A stretch of 64,000 nt of DNA from contig NW_014577063.1 in NCBI RefSeq assembly GCF_000485595.1, forward strand, positions 948,822-1,012,821, in the 5' to 3' direction. The stretch comes from Priapulus caudatus. Taxonomy: Eukaryota. Of this stretch, positions 1 to 12,979 are shown in pieces. Under the pieces are notes generated by a model. It did no database searches, was not told the DNA's origin, and was given only the letters and a program-made list of their open reading frames with translations. Numbering within the stretch: position 1 is the first letter of the stretch; each line of letters starts with the position of its first letter. A program made the translations under genes and the position numbers.

Positions 1-691
1 TAGAGTATCAATTTAAGAACGTATCCGCGTTCTTATTTGTTTAGCTTGTATAAGTTACCTGAAGGCGGCACCTCACTTAAATCAGAGAGTCACCTAGCAA
101 GATCTCGATTTTGCTTACACTGGCAGATACGCGTTCCGGGTCCAGTGACGCCTACAAGTGCAAGTTTACCCGCAATTTTTCTGCTAGGGAAGGAACGACG
201 ATGAACGAATCCAATCCAATTTTTTTTTTTCATTTACTGCACGTTACCGCTTTTACCGAATAAAGGAAAAATTGTGTAAAATAACTCGTTCGCTTCTACA
301 CGTCTTCGCTATTATTAGAATCCTAACAGGCTAGAAATGGTGGCGTAGAAACGTATGTGGTATTGGGCTTCGTGCGTTTTGTGACCTCCAGGCACCACCA
401 CAATTGTTATCTTGTTTTACACACATTATTCGGCCAATATTAATTATAAATGGTGTTTGCTCTCATCGTGCCTAAGCGCAATCGACAACCGATACAGAGA
501 AGCAATGCCGCCTTCGGTGCTCATTCGATTTGTGGAGAAATAGCGTTATAAGGCAACAACGTCATGCCGCCAAGCCGGGGCGATTGGCTCATTCATGTTT
601 TTTTTAATTCCGCCACATCTGCTGTAACACAGGGGGTGAATAAGTCAGTGTAGATCTTTGCTGCGTTTTCGAGCGTCTTCGCAATGTTGAT

Positions 692-1890
692 TACCACACA
701 CACACCCACACACACAAAAAACCAAGCGACAGCCATCACACACACAACACACACAACACAGCACACACAATACCACCACACACAGCACAGCACAACACAC
801 AGCAAAACGCAAGCACCACACACACACATCTTACGATTACCATCTGCAGCACACACACACCCGGCCCCATGAACCAAGACACCAAACCAAACGCGACCAT
901 GTTCGTTGGCCGCTCCAGGGCGTTCTTCCGTACGCGCCTCGCTGCGGGCCATGCCCCTCGTCTCTCAGACTGAATACTCACCATCACTTACCGCCCATCA
1001 GCGGCACACATCCATAGCACACATGCAGCGCACACACACTGACACACTCACACACTTCCACACTCTCCACACACCTCCAAACCATCACCATCCCTCACAC
1101 ACCACACCACACACAACACACAACACACACACCACGCACACACAACGCATCTGCCGCGCACAACCATACCACATCGCGACCACCATGCACCACACAACAC
1201 ACACACACACATTCCCGCCAACACACACACAACCACACACACACACCAACAAACACACACGACAAGCCTGCCATCTCGCCCGCCCATTGCACTCCGCTCA
1301 CCACCCAGCCGCCACCATCACCCATACATACACCACACTACGCGCGCGAGCCCACCACCACACACACTCACTACACGCCGGCCCCACACAACACCACATA
1401 CACCCACCACCACCACGCGCCACACACACCCACACTCATACCACGTACACCATCCCTCCGATACCTGCGCCCTACCGTCCACCACACCACACCATCACAC
1501 ACACTCCCTCGCGCACACACATACCCACACCAGACACAGCAACACACACAACACACCAAGAGACACAAGCCACGACACACACCAGCACACACACACACAC
1601 ACAAACACACCATACACGACACCACCACACACATACGCACACGACACACACACCACACAAACACACCACATCGCCCACACATACACACACACACGCACCC
1701 ACCACAGCACACACACACACACAGCACACACACCGCTCCACACCACGACACAGGCGCGAAGCACACAGCAAGAGATAGAGAAGAGAGAGGGGAGAGAGAG
1801 AGAGAAAGAGAGCAGAGAAAGAGACGAGGCGAGAAGACGAGAAAGAAACCACACAGAAAACACCCACACATACACACATGCACACGCGCC

Positions 1891-1927
<37 letters not shown>

Positions 1928-1960
1928 CGCAGCGCACCACGCACGCAGCGCAACGCACTG
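692..1960. repeat. Degenerate (CA)n/(GA)n/(GCAC)n microsatellite tract
   Basis: Low complexity; explains the His/Thr and Cys/Val ORFs. Confidence 0.9.
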
Positions 1961-2531
1961 GCACTGCACGTATAGACACCGCAGACATACCGCAGATATC
2001 AACTACGCGTGCAAAATCTGTACATTTATTATTTAACATCAGGTATGAAATATTAACAGGGAATTAATGTGAGAGCTAGTCGATCCTAACAACCTAAGTT
2101 TCATGTGTCGTACTAGTAGCATCACGTGGTTACACACTGTTTATATGTGGTCGCAAGCCTATACTAGCTCAGTCGCTAAACAGGGAGTCTATAATAGGTC
2201 GCTAATCATAAGATATACGCGACCTCATTACAATCAAATATTATTGCACGTGCATGCATATAATGTGCTAACTTGAACGTAAACTGCCTACGTATAATTG
2301 GACGCGGGAAATGATTTTCCTCCCGTCTTTACACCGTAGCATTCTAGGATCAATAAAATCATTTCCCAGAGACTGCATTTCCGGAAAATGCTAGAGCTCG
2401 GTCGTTGAAATGTCGAACGAATTGTTATCGGCCTGCGCATAACGTTTTTCCGGAGGTCTGACACATTGGACGCGTACCCTTGTACGTCTACATGCATTGA
2501 TACACTGCGATGGCAGGGTTAATTACTAAAA

Positions 2532-2755
2532 GGGCAGAATAGGTCTAATGTCCCCCTGACCTCTGTTTGAACCAGCTGGCTGCGTTTAGGCCTTATTTCT
2601 GAAGCTAATATATATATATACTATATACTATAATATATAATATATATAAGGCGTTAGGGTTAGGGGTTACGGGTAGGGGTTAGGGTTAGCTCAGAAAAAC
2701 AGCTAAAGCGAGCCAGGTCAAACAGAGGTCAGCGGGACATAGACCTTAGCGAGCG
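2532..2755. mobile_element. MITE with internal TTAGGG-like array, ~9-bp TSD (Mutator-like)
   Basis: Inverted arms aggtcta-atgtccc-ctgacctctgtttga; flanks ttactaaaa/ttactaaag; noisy sequence. Confidence 0.55.
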
Positions 2756-3009
2756 TTACTAAAGATATTGCCGCACAAACGCGCGGTTGCATGCTCAATA
2801 TGATTAACTTTCGACGGCCACATATGCGCAAGCGGTGTACTGCAAAAACTGGGCCTTCACGTTTAGTATCTAAAGCTCTTTGCATGGCAGGTTAGGTAAA
2901 TACTATAGATGCAACTGGCGCGTAAATGGACTGGCCAGTTGTTATTCTGATCGTTTAAAGTAATATTAGCGCGCGCGCTATGAAGTTTGCTAGTATAAAA
3001 CAAATACTA

Positions 3010-3790
3010 ATGTACGGCGGCGGTGGGGTGGGCAATCGGTGCGTGCGTGACGTTATATGTGTGGCAAGCGGATGGCATTGCGTGCGTGCGTAGCGTGTTC
3101 GTACGTGTTGTGCTGTAGCATCGACGGTGGCGCATGCGTACGGTGCGTGCGTGCGTGCGTGCGTGTGTACGTTTGTGTGACAGAACGGCGGTGGGCCAAT
3201 GCGTGCAGTGCGTGCGTGCGTGCTGTACGTGTTGTGTGTCAGAGCGGTGGGCCAGCGTGCGTGCGTGCGTAGCGGTGTACGTTGTTGTATCACGACGGGT
3301 GGGATGCCGTGCGTGCGTGCGTGCGTTGCGTGTGTACGTTCATGATAATAGACGGGTGGGCATGGCGTGCGTGCGTGCGTGCGTGTGTACGTTTGTGTGT
3401 AAGCAACCGGGTGGGCATGCGTGCGTGCGTGCGTACGTGTGACGTTTGGTGTACACGAACAGGTGGGCATCGCCGTGCGTGCGTATGCGTGCGTGAGTGT
3501 GTACGGTTTATTGATTCAAAAGACGGGTGGCTGCATCGCGTTCGTGCGTGCGTGCCGTGAGTGTGTACGTTTTGTTTTGTGTACCAGGCGGGGTGGGCAT
3601 GGTGCGTGCGAGCAGCTGCGTGCGTGCGTGCGTGCGTGGCGTGACGGTGTGCAGGGGTGCGTGCGTGCACGTGCAGTGTGTGCGTGTGTGCGCGTGTGTG
3701 CGTGCGTGTGTGCGCGCGGAGTGCGTGGCGCTGCGTGCGTGCGTGTGTTGCGCTTGCGGTGAGTTCGTAGCGTGGCGCTACGGTGCGTGA
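3010..3790. repeat. Noisy ~60-bp minisatellite with (GTGC)n
   Basis: Recurring tgtacgtttg...cgggtgggcat(gcgt)n. Confidence 0.75.
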
Positions 3791-4273
3791 GTATGCGCGA
3801 TGCGCGTTGATTCTACTTTGCCGGATCGCAAATGGATGGTATTTGCAGGATTGACGCACTTCCTCCATTTGCACTATAATATTTATTAGCGTACCTAAGA
3901 CAGAAAATTTAGGCATAAGGCGTAACGACGCGACAGATGGCGACACTTAAAACTCCTTAAATCTAACGTATATATGACCTCGACCCGACACGCCGGTGCA
4001 ATTTACTACATGTGTATACCAGCGTGCAATAGAAAGCGTGCAAAGAAAGTAAAATACGAAAACACGGCTATTATTAACACACGCTAAATCCCCACGACCC
4101 GTTTTTAGAATAGGAGTATAAGTAAAATATACAAGAATATATATCCCACTGTTAGACCGTTTTAGGATAGTCAATAAATATATACTATAACTATAATATA
4201 TGTATGGTATAGTATATATATGTGTGTGTGATCGTGTGTGTTGTGTGTCGGTGTGTGTGTGTGTGTGTGTGTG

Positions 4274-4321
<48 letters not shown>

Positions 4322-4555
4322 TGTCGGCTGTGTGATGTGTGCTGTGAACGAAACTCATCTAGTCGTTAAGGGTTTACAAATCGATATAACTGTTTAAAGT
4401 TCTTCATATGAAGATTATGTTTATGTATGTGCAACTATATACAGCACCACTGCGCACAAGAATTCGACTATATTTTGTCAAAATAATCGACAGTAGCTGT
4501 GATATTGGACATACCATGTGCAAGTAAATAAAAAGTTGTTCGGCCTACTGTGAAC

Positions 4556-4960
4556 CACAGGCACTTGGAACGTCTCAATAAAAAAAAGAAAGGTAAATAA
4601 ACACGAAATGTACCAAAGTCTTAATGTTTCTCTACTGTATTTCGCCTATGATCACCTGTAAATGCCGGTCAAATGTTCATCTGCAACACACAAGTACACC
4701 GAACGCCCGCCCGCGCTGTGCTGCGTGCACAAACAACATGAATAAGAGAGTCATGTTGTTTATATACTCTCTTATTCATGTTGTTTGTGCACGCAGCACA
4801 GCGCGGGCGGGCGTTCGGTGTACTTGTGTGTTGCAGATGAGCATTTGACCGGCATTTACAGGTGATCATAGGCGAAATACAGTAGAGAAACATTAAGACT
4901 TTGGTACATTTCGTGTTTATTTACCTTCTTTTTTTTATTGAGACGTTTCAAGTGCCTGTG
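4556..4960. mobile_element. Fold-back MITE, ~195-bp near-perfect arms, 8-bp TSD (P- or hAT-type)
   Basis: CACAGGCAC...GTGCCTGTG termini; TSD ctgtgaac at 4548-4555 and 4961-4968; 16-bp spacer. Confidence 0.9.
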
Positions 4961-5195
4961 CTGTGAACGTGTGTTTATATAGGTCAAGTATCCCAGGTTC
5001 AAAGTAATTTTTTTCTGACTTTAGTTGCTTGCAATAGATTTAGGCTAAATTCCTACATGCACTTTATCTTCCTCACACTCCATCCCATATATCACGTGTA
5101 CGTATACACGTATGCAATCGGTCTCACACAGGTTTGTCAGCTTGTAATAACTCATTAACTAAATGCATGCATCTCGGGCCGGTACGTGTGTGTAG

Positions 5196-5372
5196 GTGGC
5201 GGTTCACACCGCGAATTGGATCACGAAGCTGTGGATGTGGTATAATGGCACTCCACCGGCCATCGACGACTTCTATTTCTACGCCATGACGCGCTCTATG
5301 GTCGAAATAGAATCGTCGATATTTGGCGCTGCGATCGGCTTCGACGAATACGCTTACAAAGATTATCGAATG
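5196..5372 (+). CDS. GPR158/CG31760-like class C GPCR, internal ectodomain exon
   Basis: tgtag| acceptor, |gtaaat donor, phase 0-0; VAVHTANWITKLWMW...FYAMTRSMVEIESSIFGAAIGFDEYAYKDYRM resembles the GPR158-family ectodomain. Confidence 0.85.
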
Positions 5373-6096
5373 GTAAATGATTAGATGTTTCCAATCATTG
5401 TTGCCACTGTGCGTCGGTCGCGTAAAATGAGTGACTTGCATGCGTTATGCGTCACATGGGCGTCGTATGTGTCGTATATGCGTCATATGTGCGTCGTATA
5501 TGTCGTATATGCGTCATATGTGCGTCGTATANNNNNNNNNNTCTAACTATGTTTGACTCTCGATTGCATAGGATTCGTGGTTGTTTTTCTCGATTTACGC
5601 TATTTCATTTATTATTTCGCAAGCTAACTCAGCTATAGCATAATATGAAATCAGATCGCCATATGACCTCGTTTCTAGGAGTTGTGCACGAACAACAAAT
5701 TGATTGATAGTAATCTTGTATATGGACGAGGCTTTTCAATGTCTTCGTGCCAGCCATCTAATACTAGGAAATGATATTCTGTTGCAGCTTTTGTATGTAA
5801 TCCTTGTTCCGAGGGATGCGACATTTGCATAGATAGCTCACCATGCATCGCTACCTCGAACGTTCCATTTCGGGTGACGCTTCTCATTGTAGTCATTGGA
5901 GACGTGATGCTGGCTATTTCGATAATCATATTCGTATACTTCCATCGAGCAAAGCCGGTTGGTATCGCTGAACGTTAAGCGATTCTTTTCATAATTAATT
6001 ACGTGCTGAATCGCGGGCACTTGAGATTACACATGATTGCGTGGCAAATAGACATGCATTTATTTGCATCTTGCGATCGTCTGTCGTTGTTTTGGA

Positions 6097-6128
<32 letters not shown>

Positions 6129-6216
6129 TTATTTATTTATTCACGCCGAAATATCGGACAGAAATATTATCCGTAATCAGTCACATTAGCTTATATCCAT
6201 TCACGCAATATTTTAG

Positions 6217-6371
6217 GTTGGGTTCTACTCATACACGGCGCAAAACAAGACGAACTCGCACGATTTGGCAGTAAATTATAATTATCTTGACCAGCTAGAC
6301 TCGGAGTGGTTTCATGTACCGAGAGAAAAAGTATATGATGAGAGGCTACGGGTCGTAAATCAAAAAAGGAG
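6217..6371 (+). CDS. GPR158/CG31760-like GPCR exon
   Basis: ttttag| acceptor, |gtaggt donor, phase 0-2; VGFYSYTAQNKTNSHDLAVNYNYLDQLDSEWFHVPREK continues the frame. Confidence 0.85.
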
Positions 6372-6742
6372 GTAGGTTTATTCCTCCACCGTTTCCCGCT
6401 TTAGAATCATAAGGAAAGCAATGATAAAGAATTGGGATGATTGATAGTGAACTGAATGTATATATTTATAATGAATCAAACTCCAACGGTGTATATTGAC
6501 GGTGCGATATGTGAAATGGAATTTGAAATCACTATAGTCAACAAGATGAAATATTATCAGGAGAAGATGTCAGAAATATGACAGCCTCAGAATATATACA
6601 GACTCATGACACTCCTTATTATGATATATTATTACATACTATGTACGGATATTATTACGCAATCAGCAATCCCATCTAAACGACGTAGCAAACACCTTTC
6701 TATGATGTCATCACGAATTTATACGCATTCTTATTTGCGCAG

Positions 6743-6925
6743 ATATAACAAAACTGGGAATGCTCATATTGGCCTCGAAGAATTCTTTGAGCCGTACGTA
6801 AACCTAGATGATGGTCACTGGACGAAGCCTTACTTTGATTGTGGCGGAGGCGATATCTGGATGGTCACCTATTCATCGCCAATGTTTGCACCGGATCCGA
6901 ATAACAGCTCGCTAACTACGTTCAG
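6743..6925 (+). CDS. GPR158/CG31760-like GPCR exon (Cache-like domain)
   Basis: gcgcag| acceptor, ag|gttact donor, phase 2-2; contains the family motif DGHWTKPYFDCGGGDIWMVTYSSPMF. Confidence 0.92.
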
Positions 6926-7277
6926 GTTACTATATAACGTTAATTGCGTTCGATAATGTGTTCATGTTTCGCCAGCACAGGCAATCTTAATATGGTTTCG
7001 AAACAGACTGATTGATGCTTGCGATGCTTCTATATATGTGTGTAAATTTGTCACTATTAAATTTTTGAGAACGCGTGATCTATTTCTAAATCGACGAAGT
7101 GGTTTTTCTAGCACTTGTGTCAATTAAAGTCGCGTGAGTTTGTTTCCATCGTAGTAAACATTTGTATGTTTTTGTCGTACCCCGCAAAAATCGTATTGCA
7201 TTACGCGTTAAGGGAAATCAAAATGCATGGAAATTGTACTATCCTTTTTTTATGGAAATGCCTTTATTTGGACGCAG

Positions 7278-7407
7278 TGGCGTAGCAACGGTTGACATAG
7301 ATCTATCGAATATTGACATCAACCAGTGCGATCCAGAAAGCAATGAAAGTTGGGGGACAACGGACGACGTATTTCGTGGCACCCATTTATGTCTACCTAC
7401 CACAAGG
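7278..7407 (+). CDS. GPR158/CG31760-like GPCR exon
   Basis: acgcag| acceptor, agg|gtacat donor, phase 2-0; GVATVDIDLSNIDINQCD...FRGTHLCLPTTR is a family hallmark. Confidence 0.92.
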
Positions 7408-7600
7408 GTACATAATTATATTATCTCCTATAGAGCCATGTATAAACGTATACTAATTCATCTTGCTTTGTTATATCACTTCGTCTGTCGGTTGCCATTA
7501 AAGTTTTGCGCGTGAGTTTCGTGTAAACATTTTCATTGTTGCTTACATCGATTTGCCGTCCATCCGTCCGTCCACCCGTCCGTATAAAATTAGCTACGAT

Positions 7601-10600
7601 GACTGGTATATGCTGCTGGTACCATGCACGCAACGTTTTCTTCATATTTCTTAACAGAGGTCTACTGATAAAATGTTATCATATAAATCTATGCTAGAAT
7701 ACCTCCTCTTCAGATTAAATGCATAATTATCGCAAAATATTATTTTCCTTTGGAAATACTGCGCATGCGCGAGCACCGTGTCAGGCGTGCAGTACGCACT
7801 GAAAAAAGCTGCATAATATAGCTTGTGAGGTAGACAGAGGAGTGAGGGACTGAAGGAAGGCGGTAGGGAAAAAAGTTGATGGCGATAGAAAAGCAATGGG
7901 GCTGGGCTAGGGAGAAGGGAGGCAAGGAGCAGGATGCGAGGAAACGACTTAGTAGTTTTACACCCTATAGACTAGGGCGCTCTACTAATTATAAACACAG
8001 GTCTACTGATAACAATTTATTACATAAATCTATGCCGAGATATCTCCTGGCCATATTAAATGCATATCCATAAACAAATATTATTCCTCTGGTGAGATAA
8101 TACGCATGCGCTAACACTAACGTAGTCATATTGTGTACTGACTGGTACATGCCTCGGGCACCTTACATGCCAGACCTTCTTCCTATTTCTAATCAGAGAT
8201 GTACTGATGAAATGTTATTATATAAATCTATGCTGAGATACCCCGTAACCACATTAAATGCAAAATCGTCACAAAATATAACTGCTCTGGTGAGATAATA
8301 CGCATGCGCTAACACTAACGTAGTCATATTGTGTACTGACTGGTACATGCCTCGGGCACCTTACATGCCAGACCTTCTTCCTATTTCTAATCAGAGATGT
8401 ACTGATGAAATGTTATTATATAAATCTATGCTAGAATACCTCCTCTTCATATTAAATGCATAGTTATCGCAAAATAATATTCTTCACGGAATATATTGCG
8501 CATGCGTGAGCACCGTTTCAGGCGTACATTACGGAGTGATAAAAACGGCATAATATAGCTTGCTGAAGTAGACAGAGGGGTGAGAGATTGAGGGAAGGCG
8601 GTAGGGAAGATAGTTGATGGGCGATAAAAAAGCAATGGGGCTGGGCAAGAGATAAAGGAGGCAAGGGGCAGAACGGGAGGGGATGACTTGAAAGTGTTGC
8701 ACCCTATAGGCTAGGGCCCTCTACTAATTGTAAACACAGGTCTACTGATAACAATTTATTACATATATCTATGTTGAGATACCCCCTAACCGTATTAAAT
8801 GCATATTAATCACAAAATATTACTCTTCTGATGAGATAGTGCGTATGCGCTAACACACTAACGTAGCCAGATTGCGTACTGGCTGGTATATGCTGCTGGT
8901 ACCATGCACGCAACGTTTACTTCATATTTCTCAACAGAGGTCTACTGATAAAATGGTATTATATAAATCTATGCTAGAATACCTCCTCTTCAGATTAAAT
9001 GCATAATTATCGCAAAATATGATTCTTCACGGGAGATATTGCGCATGCGTTAGCATTGTTTCAGGCGTACATTACGGAGTGATAAAAACTGCATAATACA
9101 GTTTGCTGGGCGAGGGACAAGGAAGGCAAGGGGCAGGACGGGAGGGGATAAATTAGGAGTGTTGCACCCTACAGGCTAGGGCGCGTTACTAATTATAAAC
9201 ACACGTTTACTGATAACAATTTCTTACATAAATCTATGCTGAGATATCCTCTGACCATATTAAATGCATATTCATCACAAAATATGACTCCTATGGTGAG
9301 ATAATGCGCATGCGCAAACACCAACGTAGCAAGATTGTGTACTGACTGGTATATGCATCGGGCACCTTAGATGCAAGAACTTCTTCCTATTAATTAAGAA
9401 AGGTATACTGATGAAATGTTATTATATAAATCTATGCTAGAATACCTCCTCTTCATATTAAATGCATAATTATCGCAAAATAATATTCTTCACGGGAGAT
9501 CTTGCGCATGCGTGAGAACCGTTTCAGGCGTACAGTACGGACGGATAAAAACTGCATAATATAGCTTGCTGGGGTAGACAGAGGGGTCGGAGAGTGAGGG
9601 AAGGTGGTAGCGAAGATAATTGATGGCGATATAAAAACAATGGCGCTGGACGAGGGACAAGGGGGGCAAGGGGCAGGACGCAAGGGTATGACTTGAGAGT
9701 TTTGCACCCTATAGGCTAGGGCGCTCTACGAATTATAAACACACGTCTACTGATAACAATTTATTACATAAATCTATGCTGAGATATCCCATGGCCAGAG
9801 TAAATGCATATCCATCACAATATATGATTCCTCTGGTGAGATAATGCGCATGCGCTAACACTAACGTAGTCAGATTGTGTACTGACTGGTATATGCCCCG
9901 GGCACCTTACATGCCAGGCCTTCTTCCTATTACTTATCAGAGGTGTACTGATGAAATGTTATCATATAGATCTATGCTAGAATACCTCTTCTTCAAATTA
10001 AATGCATAATTATCGCAAAATAATATTCTTCAGGGAAGATATTGCGCATGCGTGAGCACCGTTTCAGGCGTACATTACGGAGTGAAAAAAAGAGCATAAT
10101 ATAGCTTGCTGAGGTAGACAGAGGGGTTGGAGACTGAGGGAAGGCGGTAGGGAAGATAGTTGATGGGCGATAGAAAAGCAATGGGGATGGGCGAGGGACA
10201 AGGGAGGCAAGGGGCAGGACGGGAGGGGATGATTTAGGAGTTTTGCACCCTATAGGCTAGGGCGCTCTACGAATTATAAACACAGGGCTACTGATAACAA
10301 TTTATTACATAAATCTATGCTGAGATATCCCATGGCCAGATTAAATGCATATCCATAAAAAAATATGATTCCTCTGGTGAGATAATGCGCATGCGCTAAC
10401 ACACTAACGTAGACAGATTGTGTACTGACTGGTATATGCTGCTGGTACCATGCACGCAACGTTTTCTTCATATTTCTTAGCAGAGGTCTACTGATGAAAT
10501 GCTATCATATAAATCTATGCTAGAATACCTCCTCTTCAAATTAAATGCATAATTATCGCAAAATATTCTTCTTCACTAGAAATACTGCGCATGCGCAAGC

Positions 10601-11436
10601 ACCGTGTTAAGCGTGCAGTACGGACTAAAAAAATGCTTAATATAGCTTGCTGAGGTAGACAGAGGGGTGAGGGACTGAAGGAAGGCGGTAGGGAAAAAAG
10701 TTGATAGCGATAGAAAAGCAATGGGGCTGGGCTAGGGACAAGGGAGGCAAGGAGCAAGATGCGAGGAAATGACGTAGAAGTTTTGTACCATACAGGCTAA
10801 GGCGCTCTACTAATTATCAACACAGGTCTACTAATAAGAATTTATTCCATAAATCTATGCTGAGATACCCCCCGACCATATTAAATGCATATTTATCACA
10901 AAATATGATTCCTCTGGTGAGATAAATCGCATGCGCTAACACCAACGTAGCCAGATTGTGTACCAACTGGTATAAACAGCGGGTACCATACATGCAAGGT
11001 CTTCTTCCTATTTCTTAACAGAGGTCTACTGATGAAATGTTATTATATATATCTATGCTAGAATACCGCCTCTTCATATTGAATGCATACTTATCGCAAA
11101 ATATTATTCTTCACGGGAAATATTTCGCATGCGTGAGCACCGTTTCATGTGTACAGTACGGACTGAAAAAACTGCATAATATAACTCGCTGAAGTAGACA
11201 GAGGGGTGAGACACTGAGGGAAGGCGGTAGGAAAGGTAATTGATGGCGATAGAAAAGCAATGGGGCTAGGCGAGGGACAAGGGAGGCAAGGAGCAGAACG
11301 CGAGGGGATGGCATAGGAGTTTTGCACCATACAGACTAGGGCGCTCTACTAATTATCAACACAGGTCTACTTATAACAATTTATTACATAAATCTATGCT
11401 GAGATACCCCCTGACCATATTAAATGCATATTTATT
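7601..11436. repeat. ~540-bp tandem satellite, about 7 diverged units
   Basis: gactggtatatgc recurs at about 7601, 8140, 8337, 8880, 9344, 9884, 10427 and 10966. Confidence 0.95.
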
Positions 11437-11652
11437 GCATTACTAGACGATGTAAGCTGTCCATAATGCTCGCCGCTTTAACGTGATATAAAATCTGGCA
11501 GTCTAGGCGTGGGACGAATAATAACACAATGAAAGATGAACATATCGTAGTATATATATTTCGACCAGTTATAAACAGCAGTATGCATGAAATGATGGAT
11601 GCACTAATGACTAATCAGTGGAGATGCGCTCTATTCACGTATTTATGCCTAG

Positions 11653-11762
11653 TGTAAATGCATCGAGCAGGCCTACGTATGAGTATTGCGGTTAGGAGTG
11701 CGTCTGCGTCGGGAAAACTTTACAGACGTTTTAATACCCGTACAGACTACGAATTTGATATG
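11653..11762 (+). pseudogene. Probable frameshifted or error-containing EGF-like exon of the GPCR
   Basis: cctag|tgt acceptor; pieces in different frames read C..HRAGL.MSI.G*ECVC.GK.YRRF, similar to the expected C-x-H-x2-G...GxYxCxC segment; atg|gtacta donor; no single open frame. Confidence 0.4.
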
Positions 11763-11944
11763 GTACTACATCAGCGCGCGTTAGACGCGCGTATAACGCC
11801 CGCTAAAAATTGCAGTGTGTACACGCTATCCCGCTCCAAATACGGGCTGGACCGCTCCAAGTTGGCTTCCTTACGAAGCAGGGCTATCTTAGTGTGCACC
11901 AAGTTATCCCGCTCCAACTCTGTGTCTGTACGCAATCGGTGTCT

Positions 11945-12243
11945 AAGGCCGTCGCACACCTACCCAAAAATCGGTCCGATTAAAAAATCTCTTCATCGTT
12001 TGTAAAATCGGCTCATCGCGACGCCTTCCGATAAACACCCGCACACCTACGATAAAGTATAATCAGCAATATCAAGTAGGCGCCATTTTGAATGTCATGT
12101 GACACGGGCACGTTCAGCTATTGGCTGTTCAAAAAAATCGTTTCAAATAATCGGCTCAAAATCAAACATGTTTGATTTGGAACGATCACCCGATAAAAAT
12201 AATCGTAAGTAAAATCGTCTACAAATGAACGCGCACACCTACA
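11945..12243. mobile_element. Truncated Harbinger-like MITE
   Basis: Starts taaggccgtcgcacacctac; internal cgcacacctac repeated three times; no right end seen. Confidence 0.4.
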
Positions 12244-12323
12244 GTCGAGAGTGCTCAATACTACCATGAGTAGAGCAAATATAGATAAATAGCTAAAGTT
12301 ATACGGACACGGTAGTAATTTTG

Positions 12324-12396
12324 ACTCTGTTTATTGCATACAGAACTGTTTTGTATGGAGCAAAGGCTCCATACTCATCAGTGCCGAATACAGAGT
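12324..12396 (-). ncRNA. Hammerhead ribozyme copy with mutated core
   Basis: Inverted copy of 12865-12937; GAAA changed to AAAA at 12352. Confidence 0.75.
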
Positions 12397-12864
12397 GATC
12401 TATTCAGAACATCCCAAGCAGTATAAAAACATCATGCATAATGTGTTCTATTATTCGTATTCATGCGTGCGCGTTCTAAAGAAATACCATAGATACTAAT
12501 TAGCGCGTCATTGTCGGTGACTGCTGCGCGCTGGTGCTAAACTAAATTCATTGTAAGAGTTCACATAACGTTTCTTAATAAAAATTTATCTTTATGTCTG
12601 CATTTACTAATAAGTTCGTGTCGCGGTCTCAGGTTTGCACAATATGTAGAACTTCTAAAAGGTAATGAACCAGAAGTGATTTAATAGTGGCCACTTGTCA
12701 ACTCTTACAATGAATTCAGTTTAGCGCCAGCGCGCAGCAGTCACCGACAATGACGCGCTAATTAGTATCTACGGTATTTCTATAGAACGCGCACGCATAA
12801 ATACGAACAATAGAACACATTATGCATGATGATTTTATACTGCTCGGGATGTTTTAAATTGATC

Positions 12865-12937
12865 ACTCTGTATTAGGCACTGATGAGTATGGAGCCTTCG
12901 CTCCATACGAAACAGCTCTGTATGCAATAAACAGAGT
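12865..12937 (+). ncRNA. Type I hammerhead ribozyme (intact core)
   Basis: CTGATGA 12880-12886; stem II gtatggagc/gctccatac; GAAA 12909-12912; short stem III aca/tgt; GTA triplet 12920-12922; extended stem I actctgt-att..gca / tgc-aat..acagagt; followed by AATAAA. Confidence 0.85.
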
Positions 12938-12979
12938 CAAAATTACTACCGTGTCCGTATAACTTTATCTATTTATCTA

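Noticed and set aside
59..180. Minus-strand exon (cag|...cag|gtaact)
   Set aside because: No recognisable protein; could be a UTR exon but is unsupported.
593..2039. Long His/Thr- and Cys/Val-rich ORFs (also near 3000-3900, 22200, 45000, 51400 and 57600)
   Set aside because: Translations of CA/GT microsatellites, open in several frames at once.
2340..2520. Possible upstream GPCR exon (…IDTLRWQ)
   Set aside because: Noisy region, no continuous frame or clear donor; cannot be supported.
4624..4893. Paired 74-aa ORFs on opposite strands
   Set aside because: A consequence of the palindrome.
7601..11436. Hammerhead in the 540-bp satellite (CTGATGA in several units)
   Set aside because: No proper stem II closure, and TAAA instead of GAAA follows.
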